Assembly: GCA_030704615.1 (NCBI GenBank)
Contig: CM060731.1
Span: 34,100,001-34,164,000 of the forward strand
DNA length: 64,000 bases
From: Takakia lepidozioides
Lineage: Eukaryota > Plantae > Bryophyta
Reading direction: 5' to 3'
Shown: one piece after another, positions 11,101-20,936 of the stretch
How the letters are laid out: each line of letters opens with the position of its first letter
How positions within the stretch are numbered: the stretch's first letter is position 1
Translations under genes and position numbers: made by a program
Notes under the pieces: generated by a model
What the model was told of the DNA's origin: nothing
The model's input: only the letters and a program-made list of their open reading frames with translations
Database searches by the model: none

Positions 11101-14100
11101 GAAAAATGCTCTTCCGAACCAAAAAAGCCCTGCGTCTCATTGACACCAAAGTCAGTCTCACAAGCCGACATTCAACTTGTTCAACATCCTCAAGGTCTGT
11201 GGACTTATCCTGACACGTCAGGTATTGCAGTGAGATTCTCTTCTTGAGACCCGAAAATCGTCCAGAGACTTACTTTCTCTGCATCAGCCTTCCTGGTGAA
11301 ACCAACAAATGCAAACCCTTTGGACCTGCCAACAAGTGGGATGAATTTAAACTGCAGATTCGTGTAATAAGTTACAGACAGTTTATAACTTGGAATAATA
11401 CTTAGAAATGTTAATAAATCAAATCGAAGGTAACAACCATGGTTGAACTACCGCATTTGGCAGAGCAAGTCCATGGCTGCATCCTTCAGCAGACTCAATG
11501 CATAGCAGCATATTTTGCTTCTTCATCACTTCTCAGATTAGCACTGGAAAGTTTCCTTGCCTACTCAGGCATACTAGAGCAGACCTTAGAATGGAACAAA
11601 GGTATCTGACGAAAGATAGCTTCTGTCGATCAAGAGAATCATGTCTGAAACCCATGTCTCTTAACTTTAGAATAGAAAGGTTTCTACCAAGAACCTCAAG
11701 GAAAGATATGCTGTTCACCACCATGACAGCTAGGTTTGATGATGAAAGTGCAAAACCTAATTTTCTAGAGCTATCAGAAAAAGTCACCTAACAGCTAACA
11801 CGGAGAAGGGGACGATTCCAGTCACAAAGTATTTGAGGACAACTTGCAAACCAGATGGTCAGCTTGGCTCAGTAGGAAATTTCTCACAACAAGCCATGCT
11901 AGTTGAAACTGCTGAGGAAGCCCAACATCTTATAGCTCAAAAGTCTGTAGTTCAGGAGAAGGCAGGAGCGTACATGCTGTCAGGCTTGCGGGGTATGGTG
12001 ATCTCCCACACAAACCCAGCTGGAGAGAACAGCTCCCGCAATGTTTCCTCTTTCAACTGCAATAATTGCGCCAAGGGACCAGTCAACCCCTCCAGGAAAG
12101 GAAGAGGAGAACAGAGACATTAACCCACATCAATTGCAAACAATACTTTGAATTACTTTCAAGAATTGCAGTACCTGAAACGGAAGATTACGGACAATGA
12201 GTCGCCACTTTTTAAGTCGTGAACCCTGTAAAATGCCAACTTAGGCCATTATCTGTAACAACACCCACAACCCAGATGTTTGCCAGAATCTCTGCTGGCA
12301 GAGAAGTCTTCATTCATCGCCTCACCATTGACAGCATCATCTACTCCTAGCATGTTTGCAAGCAAGCACTCAGTAGTTAGGAGTAATTAACAAAGAAGGC
12401 GTGATTTCAGTGATGATTCCTCAACATTCAGAACCACGCTAATTGATTAAGATTATAAGAAGGCACTAAGCACTAAAAGAAGAGAGGCTCGGAAGAAGAC
12501 AAGTCAGAAAGGGATTTCTATGCTCAAACCATCTCTCTTCTTGACAGAAGCAGCACTCATGATAATCAGTGTCCAGAGAACTGGTTCCTCTTACCCTCCC
12601 CTCAAATATGATAGTATTGGCCTAGATGAAAAGAGGCCTGAGAGACCAGGTCAGAAGGAGGTATCAAGGTCTTTTCCATGGAGTTTGCAAGGTATTTGGG
12701 AGGGTTAAGACTCGCTGCTCAGCTGCTCCCTGTTCTGTTCTCATGGCCTACTCCGAAATGTCCAAACTATAGACAGAAGCAGCGCACACAAGAGGGCTTG
12801 TGGATTGAGGGTTGGTGCAATCCTCCTTCGCTAAAAGAAAAACTTATTGCCATGCCACAAGACAGATCCACGGAGCCGTGCTGGCATGAGTTTTCTGAAG
12901 ATCCTTCACAAAGGTGGGACAACTGCAATGGCAAGGTGTGGCTTTCTTAATGTATAACTAGGGTAGCCTGTGCAGTTGGCCCAAGTGTCCAGTGTCATCT
13001 AAGTCAGGTGCAATCCCCTATGTATCCAAGAGCAGCTCCTATGTCAAGGCCCATGTGTGAAGAATTAAAATCGATTTACTGCGATTGATAAAACCCATTT
13101 ATTTTTTTCCATGAATTTATTGAGTAGTAATATATCCAATCATTGTTCCAGGAAAGCCAGCGAATGTTTCACGAATTTCCAGCGACCAAAAAAACTTGAA
13201 ATTCCATATCTCCCACACCACAGGTCCAAACAATTATGAGACCAAGTCGGTGCACACTTCCTCATCGAGGGCTTGCCACCATGGGCACAATAACATAGGC
13301 ACTTCCTGTCAGTATCAGGATTTGTTCTGTTCCGTGGTGTTTCAAAGGTACTTGCTAGGGTCAACTTGGTCTTAGGAGGCTATGTGTAAATCTATGGCTG
13401 CTCAGCTCCACAGACCAATCCGACATTACCTGACTACAGACACAAGCAGCACACACAAGAGGTCCTTCTAGGTTGATGGTCGGTCAAATCCTCCATGGGT
13501 CATGACACAAGGTCAAGGACAATGTGGTGAGGGCACCTTCTTATTCAACCTATTTCAGCCTGTTTTGCCCTCTCATCAGACTCGACCCTGAGATGCATAT
13601 TGAATTCTGTAAGTTAGCTCGTTGGGTGGATCTGTGGAGGTTTGAAGTGACTTTGACAAGTTACTGCCCATGTGGCAGCAGGAAAGTATCCAAAAACAGA
13701 TAACAGATATGAGGAGAAGCTTTGGAATGACCACTTTCCCAATCAAGAGGTCCCTTGGGTTGATGGTTGGTTGAATCCTCCTTGGGTGGAAGAAAAGCTA
13801 GCTGCTTTAAGGACGCAAGGTCAATGGTGAGGGCACCTTCTTCAACATATTTCAGCAATTTTCCCTCTTATCAGAGTCGTCATCAATTTTCATGTTGAGT
13901 TCTGCAAGTGATCTCATCAGGATCTACTGTGGTATGGAGTGATTTTGACATGTTGCTGCCAATATGGCAACAGGCCAATATCAAAAAACAGGAAACAGAG
14001 ACGAGGAGAAGCTTTGGAAGAATGTTTTTCGACCCCAGTCAATGGTGGGACAATCGAGGAAAAAAGGTGAATTCCTGGTAGATTACAGCGAGAAGCAGAC

Positions 14101-17100
14101 AACAAGATGCATTGCAAGGTTTTCTTGGAAATTGTCATCTCCTCTCTCTCCCCAGCACATTTTTTAACTGTCGGCTGCTAGCAGCAAGGGGAGGATCTAC
14201 ACATTATTGGTGCGGGATCTGAATTTGCACAATGTGCTTGCCACTTTTTCAAAGGCGGCACTTCGGTGTGCGTGTTGTATCCATGCTGGCTGGCAGCCGG
14301 CACTTCGAACATATGTTCAATTTGTAGGGATCGCTAACAAGAAAGTAGCGTTCCTGCAGGGTAGCTGAAGCTCCATGCCCAAGCCAATCTTGTTCCATAA
14401 GACCAGCAAAGAAGACCAGCAAATAATACCTGCCACTAGACCTCCTTTCCCCAATTTCTCCTCTTAACTATATCCTAGGGATAGCTGAAGGAGCAGGGAT
14501 GGAGTGTGGGTCCAGATTCATCCGAGAGGGGCAGATTTCAAGAACAAGAGTACCCTGATTCCCTGTGGATTGATAGCTACAATAAACCTGCATGGGTATA
14601 TGGTCAACTGGAAGCAGTAGCAACGGCACAGTTTGACAAAATCAGGAACCTCCACCATGATAAAACAGGATCCAGAGAGGGGGTACACAATACCTCTTCT
14701 GGCACTTCTGGGCATGTGAGGAGGCTATGTGAGGCAGAGAGACTCAAAGGGACTATACAGATTTTGAACGAAGGAGGTATTTCAGCAGATTCTCATACTG
14801 ATATCTCTGTCTCTCGCATAACTGCATCAAAAATGCAAGGCCTGGAACCCAGAAAGCAGGTGCGCACTGCACACTCACATTATCCAAAGTGGATTCAAGT
14901 CCAACGTTTTTTCTACAAAACACCTTTGTCAACAAGTTTGTTAAGTGCAAGAGCATTGTGGATGCACACCAAGTGTTCAACAGAATGCCTGAACAAGGTT
15001 TGATTACATGGAGCAAATGATGCGGGAAAGGTTTAAGCCCAACCACATCACAACTGTTTCCATTTGCAATGCATGTGTGAGCCTGGCAGACCTGGAAAAG
15101 GGCAAAGAGGTCCATGGTGACATCGTCACAGCTGGAAATGTACAAGATGTCATTCTGAAAACTGCACTTGTGGACATGTAGGCCAAGATGCGGCAGCATC
15201 CCAGATGCGCAGGGGGTGTTCGACAAGATGGCTGAATGAAATGTGGTGTCATGGAACGCAATGATCACAGGATATGCACAGCATGGGTGTGGGATGGAGG
15301 CTTTGAAGACCTATGAGCAAATAAAGTGGGAAGGGGTGAAACCAAACCAGTCACGTTGGCTTGCATTTGCAACGCGCATGCTAGGCGTGCAGCCCTGCAA
15401 AAGGGCAAAGAGGTCCATGGTGACATCGTCAAAGCTGGAATCGTACAAGATGTCATTCTGAACACTGCAGTGGTGGGCATTTATGCCAGACACCATGACA
15501 TTGAGGATGCAAGGGGAGAGTTTGACAAACGAGATTTGGTGTCATCGAACTCAATGATCGCAGGATATGCACAGCATGGGTGCAGGATGGAGGCTTTAGA
15601 GACCATGAGCAAAGGATGTGGGAAGGGCTGAAGTCCAACCGGGTCATGTTGGTTTGCATTTGCAATGTGTGTCAGGCTGGCAAAGGCAAAGAGGTATCTC
15701 ACTCAGGAACACAAGCACTGCTTGTGCCACTCGGTGCCCAGTTCCTTTCATCATTCCTGAGGCCTTCCCTAAGGAGCAATCTAATCAAGTGTTAGTCTAG
15801 AACCAAACAGGGCTAAAAGACCGCTAAGTCAGACAAGGGTTTTCTAGGCCCAAAGCATCTCGCTCATGGATACAAGCACTGCTCGTGCCACTCAGTGCCC
15901 AGTACCTTTCATCATTCATGAGCCCTTCCCTACGGAGAAATCTAATCAAGTCTTCGTCTAGAACTAAACGGGGATAAAAGACCACTAAGTCAGAAAAGGG
16001 TTTTCTAGGCCCAAAGCATCTCGCTCATGGATAGAAGCACCACTTGTGCCACTCGGTGCCCAGTGCCTTTCATCATTCCTGAGCCCTCCCCTAAGGAGAA
16101 ATCTAATCAAGAATTAGTCTAGAACCGAAGGCTAAAAGACCAGTAAGTCAGACAAGGGTTTTCTAGGCCAAAGCATCTCGCTCATGGATACAAGCACTGG
16201 TCATGCCAGTCAACATTCTTGAGCCCTACCCCAGGGAGTCCGTTCCAACAAGTGTTAGTCAACAACTAGAGAGGTGGGAAAAGCACTTCTAAGTCAGAAA
16301 GGGGTTTTCTAGGCCCAAAGCATCTCGCTCATGGATTCTAACACTGCTAGTACCACTCAGTGCCCAGTGCTTTTCATCATTCTTGATCCCCTTCCCCAAG
16401 GAGTCAGTTCCAGCAAGTATTAGTCCCACAACTTAAGATGAGCACTTCTAAGTCAGAAAAGGGTTTTCTAGGCCCAAAGCATCTCGCTCATGGATACTAG
16501 CACTGCTAGTGCCACTCAGTGCCCAGTGCTTTTCATCATTCTTGAGCACCTACCCCAAGGAGTCAGTTCCAGCAAGTATTAGTCCCACAACTAAAGTGGG
16601 GGGCGAATGTACTTCTAAGTCAGGAAAGGCTTTTCTAGGGTCAAAGCATCTCGCTCATGGATACAAGCACTGCTAGTGCCACGCACTGGCCAGTGCCTTT
16701 CATCATTCTTGAGCCCCTACCCCAAGGAGTCAGTTCCAGCAAATATTATTCAACAACGGGAAAAAGCACTTTTAAGTCAGCGAAGGGTTTTCTAGGCCCA
16801 AAGCATCTCTCTCAGGGACACAAGCCATGCTCATGCTAATCCGTGCCGAGTGAATTCAAACTCAAAACACCCAATGAACAACCTGGGTTCATGCATACAT
16901 ACTGAGTAGAAATCAGCCCCAGCATTGGAGTCATATCTCATGGAAAATCCAATGTCGTTTTTTATCCCAAGAACTTGTGGAAAAACTCCATGATGACCTG
17001 ACAATTCAAACTCGCAGCTATAGATTTATAACTTCGGGTCTTCTGGAAGACCTAAGGAGGTCTGCCACCTAAGGGGCAGATTAAAGACACTTGATTACTG

Positions 17101-20100
17101 ATAGAAATAGTTGAAACAATTTTCCTGCTTGACAGAGGTTGGGAGGATAGAATACCTCGCCACCAAGTTGGCGGGCCCAGACAACACCCCCTCCAATTGG
17201 CTGTCGATGAAGAGCCGCAACAGCCTGGTATGCTGCCTTCACAGATCCATACACAATTGCTGCAGCCACTTGCTTGCATCCATCTTTTGCCAACCCTACC
17301 ATTTGTTTGCACATAGAAAACAGTAAAATATGCATGCCAATTACTTGATTAGAACCAAAAACTACACTCACTTTTTTTCTCTTCCCCTCTCTAGCGGTCC
17401 ATGCCAATGCCAAGGTTGTGGCCCTCCTCAGGAGAATTCTGGAATCAACATAAACAACCTGCCAGCAAGCAAACACAAGGTGCCAACCCTGGCCCATGGC
17501 CACCCTCAGATAACTTTCCCTATGTAGCATTTCCACTCTTGAGAAACTCTTCAATTAGAAGACTATGCCAACATACAGATGTACAAGCCAAACTCATGCT
17601 AGAATACTGTTTTCTTAGAGGTATGGAGATATTTCCATATTTCCAATCAAAGGTAACCATGCTAGAATGCAAGGAGACTAGTAAACTCTAAAGAGAAAAC
17701 CCAGCCCTGGTAGAGAGAACTGCCTACCACGACTGGCAAGCTCTGCCTCCTCCAATGGATGACGGATGTCTTCTACAGTTCCCAGCTTTCTGGCCTTTGC
17801 AAGCACAGGTTCTACCATCTCTGCGCTTTCCAACCCACCTACCACGATTGTTCGTGCAGGTCTGCAAGCAAATAATATAAGGATTGAATAAACCTCTTGC
17901 TATTTTGTATGCAAGTGTCAGATGTGACAAATACTGGTTACATTCTGTTTGTAGGTTGTGAACGATTAAAATAACAAGGAAAAATGATCTACCACAGACG
18001 TGCCTTATCAGACCAACACAGAGTTATGAGGAAGCTTTGGACCTGCAATACTTCAAAGCTCCTCGGCCACTTCTGATCCCCACACTAGTTGTAGGACCAA
18101 ATCATCAATTAGTTGTCCTTCACTCAAGTATCAGATATTTCGGTACCATAAAAAGAATTGAGTCATGGATTGTGTCACCTTTGTTTATCAGAGCTCTGGC
18201 CGTCATCACGCGTCCGCTTCCTACTGGCAGGTTTGTTTCCAACGTGACTGCGAACCCCTGCTGGTAGCATTCAATATAGTGAGCTTCATAATGCAGTAAC
18301 ATCCAATACAAGCCACCGGGAATTCATACAGTGGTGATTAACATGTTTCGAAGAATGCACGACGGATCCAAATTCCCCACACAACCAACTTGTCAAAGGA
18401 TTGACCATTTACATTGGGGCAATAGCAGGCAGAGAAATTTCAGGGGTTGTTTGTTGAACAGGTTCTGCTCAGAAAAGAATTAGACTGAGCATCCATGGAC
18501 ACAAACTGAAGTATCACCAACCATTATTACATTGGAGATGAGAGTTGTGCTCCGGGTGGGAAGATTAACAGTTTACTTCTAAGGCTGCTCTACTTGCTAC
18601 CATGAAACATAAAGAAGATCTAAAGCGCCTTTGCTACCACCTGTCCACTATGCTTGCAAAGGCCAAGCTTCTTCATATGTACTGCGTTCTAACTCCAATT
18701 TGGTTGAGGTCAAATCCCCTCATGCTACTGAACAACCCACTGAAACATACCAGTCTTTGACTTTTTACTCTCCTCATGCACATCTTGTGCAGCTTCCATC
18801 CCAGTCTGCACATTTTCCAAAGACTTCCGCTTCCTTTGCTTGCGCTTTGGATCAGCAGGATCACCTCCATTTTCCTCAATTGCATCTTTCTGGAGTACAT
18901 CCTCTTGTACTCCATCTTGATTGGAGTCTGCAAAACAAAACACTCAATACTTCGGACACTGGCTACATAACAAAACAATCCCTGTTCAGCATCAAGCCTT
19001 TCACCATCTCTGACAAAGTTGCAAACCTCAGCCATCCTTAAAAAATAGAATCAATCTGAAAAGCATGGTAACTTGGGTTTCTCAATGGAGATTAACATTG
19101 TGGCACAGAGAACAACTTCAACAGGTGTGACTAACCTTGAGGTTTTGGGGGAGGGAACCGCTGGTCAAGAGTTGCCCTCCGCTTGGCAACCTCCACCTTG
19201 ATCTTGCGGCCTTGGAGCAACACTCCATTCTTGATTTCAACAGCACGATTGGCATCCTCTGCCACAGCACTGATCATCCCCCACACCACCAACTTCTTTT
19301 ACGACAGGTCCTGACTATTTATCTGCCAACTCAAAGAACCCCCTCCAGGAGTCTCATAATGTACACTTCGATTCTTCAGGACCTGCACTGGCACTCATTC
19401 TAAACTGTGTACAGTATGCTATTATTAAATGCTCGATCTGTGAAAAAGAGAACGGCATGTGCATTGGCCAAAGGGCAGACAGCATGCACACCAAACACTA
19501 AGACCTTGAATTACCAATGCCAGTCCTGTTAATTGAAGTGCCCAGGTGACCAAAGGCTATGTCCCCACACCAAATCCGCCACGAACAGCTGAATTGCCTA
19601 CAATCTAACGAGCACTTCACCGAACCAGAGCAAGCTGGATTCGCATAGTAGTTCACATTCACATTTTAAAGTGAAGGATGACTCACAACTGCACAAAGCC
19701 AAAACCTCGGTGATGCTCAGTGCCTGCAAATAACCAATCAACCAACAAAATCAGTCTCCAAGATCCCATCGCCAGAATGTTGTCATGCAGCCCGTAGTTC
19801 CCGATTTTTATCACTAAATATCCCTCTGAACCAGAAAATGAAGGTGGCAAAGAGATAATTCTTCCAGTTGGCCAGTGAATTTCCGTTATCGTCCAATCAG
19901 ATAAAAATTAACACACACAGACGCAGATACAGCACAAAATGCAGCAGCTTCGCGGGATATGCAAAAGATCCACAAGATCTATGCAGAGTCGAGGCGTGGA
20001 GTTGCAAAAGCCCACCTTTTGTTTTAACAGTAAAGCAATGTCTAACAGGGCCCACTTCGCTGAAAATATCCTCTAACTGCCGCACAACACCCCAGTCAAC

Positions 20101-20399
20101 AGTATCAATTAATACCCCTGGCGAGTGAAGTCATTCTCACACATCCCCGATCCGACATAGATCTCAGCATCATCAGTGCAGCCTCATCCTACTCTTCCAA
20201 TGCATCAAACTTCCAGAATTCATCTCGGGCAACCTTGTCTCCCTCTCAATCGAGGCTACTGCACAGCAGAGACTCAAAAACAGACCTCTAAATCGGAGAG
20301 CGAGTATGGCAAGCTGCGAACGAACACAGTCCGCTTGTCAACTTCACTTTCAGCATGCCCAGCAGTCGTTGTTGCCTCCGGAGCTTTCTCCATCGCCAT
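5178..20399 (-). CDS. RBM28: RNA-binding protein 28 / Nop4-like nucleolar protein with 4 RRMs (multi-exon; one exon carries a stop plus frameshift)
   Basis: Exons deduced from splice sites and frame: 20399-20286 (MAMEK..RTVFVRSLPYSL), 20076-20016, 19723-19687 (HRGFGFVQF), 19269-19136, 18927-18751, 18260-18179, 17861-17728, 17295-17156 (VWARQLGGE), 12225-12175 (GSRLKKWRLIVRNLPFQ), 12056-11974, 11325-11274 (SKGFAFVGF), 10891-10783 (KRPVAVDWAV), 8774-8156, 8052-7814 (PKGTAFLEF..DRRNLKLAK), 7483-7413, 7280-7112, 6811-6682 (SRGAAFVEFTEHQHAL..LNNNP), 6323-5668, 5423-5178 (..LQRWFE*). These motifs are typical of plant RBM28/Nop4. Small exons in the acidic linker may be missed. Confidence 0.9.
8860..10580 (-). 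mobile_element. 3' portion of an RTE-like LINE, interrupted by a second LINE
   Basis: ORF 10579-: ..LQSSFLQAMLGARSTTPSQILGAEF..RVGSHNLRI, resuming at ~9220 as ETGSCKNLQREDRLCPAC. (TTTCA)n tail at 8860-8883. Further copies of the 3' tail lie at ~10620-10735. Confidence 0.7.
9225..10037 (+). mobile_element. 5'-truncated LINE (C-terminal CCHC/zf-RVT region) with a 13-bp TSD
   Basis: ORF 9261-10031 contains CPLCGQSEDNIHFLIHCP. Flanked by the direct repeat tctatccgtaggt at 9212-9224 and 10038-10050. Confidence 0.8.
12670..15695 (+). pseudogene. Pseudogene of a multi-PDF-motif (OSB/pTAC9-type) plus PLS-class PPR protein, antisense inside the RBM28 intron
   Basis: PDF-motif halves: PNYRQKQRTQEGLWIEGWCNPPSLKEKL, WHEFSEDPSQRWDNCNGK|gt, ag|TNPTLPDYRHKQHTQE..VDGRSNPPWV, EEKLWKN..PSQWWDNRGKK|gt, ag|IHPRGADFKNK..DSLWIDSYNKPAWVYGQL. 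These are followed by VRRLCEAERLK..GISADSHT and PPR motifs (LEKGKEVHGDIV..DVILKTALVDM*AK, NVVSWNAMITGYAQHG). There are several stops and frameshifts. Confidence 0.8.
15696..16852 (-). ncRNA. Tandem array of about 8 box C/D snoRNA-like units (snR76/SNORD88-type guide) in an RBM28 intron
   Basis: Best unit, minus strand 16539-16453: ATGATGA (C) AA AGCACTGGGCA CTGA (D') ... ATGAGCGA (C'-like) ... TAGAAAACCCTTTT CTGA (D), 87 nt, short AAG/CTT terminal stem. Units at ~15696-15754 (partial), 15829-15915, 15990-16076, 16148-~16216 (deleted), 16294-16380, 16453-16539, 16620-16706 and 16777-~16852 (degenerate). The guide is complementary to LSU rRNA UGCCCAGUGCU. Confidence 0.78.
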
Positions 20400-20450
20400 G
20401 TCTCCACACTCCTTCCCCCTCCGTCCCTCCCTCCGGGCTGCCGCTTCATG

Positions 20451-20467
20451 TTAGGGTTTAGGGTTTT
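20451..20467. promoter_or_regulatory. Telo-box pair (AAACCCTA on minus) just upstream of the RBM28 start codon
   Basis: ttagggtttagggtttt about 50 bp upstream of the ATG. Telo-boxes are typical of plant ribosome-biogenesis and snoRNA promoters. Confidence 0.6.
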
Positions 20468-20936
20468 TGGCCTTCGTTAGTAAACTAGCCCAACCGACGC
20501 AAGCATTTTTACTGAGTAAAAGTTTCGTAACGGCCGCCTCACGATATTCCGTTACCATGTCAATAGGTACATATACGGGTATATGTACGTAGTAACTTCG
20601 TATTTCCGTCGTGTCCTTTTTTATTTATCCTCTCCCCAACGAACAGAGACGCTTCATTCATCCAACGTATTCCCGGCCACGGCCGGGCGACCCCCCGACA
20701 ATTGGCCGGGTTCCCGCCATTCATGAGCAATAGACAAGGAGAGAGAGAGAGCGAGAGAGATAAAGGGGGATCGAGGATCCCTTGCGAGTGGGATTTGAGT
20801 GAGACATTTTTGGATTTTCCCACAGCGATGTTAGATCCATGTGGAACTGTCTGCCAACACTCATCTGGAAGGGATTATTGGGAGGTAAGTACAAATTGCA
20901 GCGAACCAAATGGAGTTGAGACTAGTCCTATATAAG

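Noticed and set aside
11485-11530. Another intronic C/D snoRNA (GTGATGA..CTGA on minus)
   Set aside because: No terminal D box at a suitable distance and no recognisable guide.
15170-15245. PPR stop codons (TAG, TGA) rescued by U-to-C editing
   Set aside because: The locus is nuclear and also has frameshifts; TAG replaces Tyr. Ordinary decay fits better.
18413-18464. Extra 52-nt RBM28 exon
   Set aside because: It has AG/GT ends, but its phase is incompatible with the neighbouring exons unless another exon exists.
20451-20467. Telomeric array
   Set aside because: Only two TTTAGGG units at a promoter; interpreted as telo-boxes.
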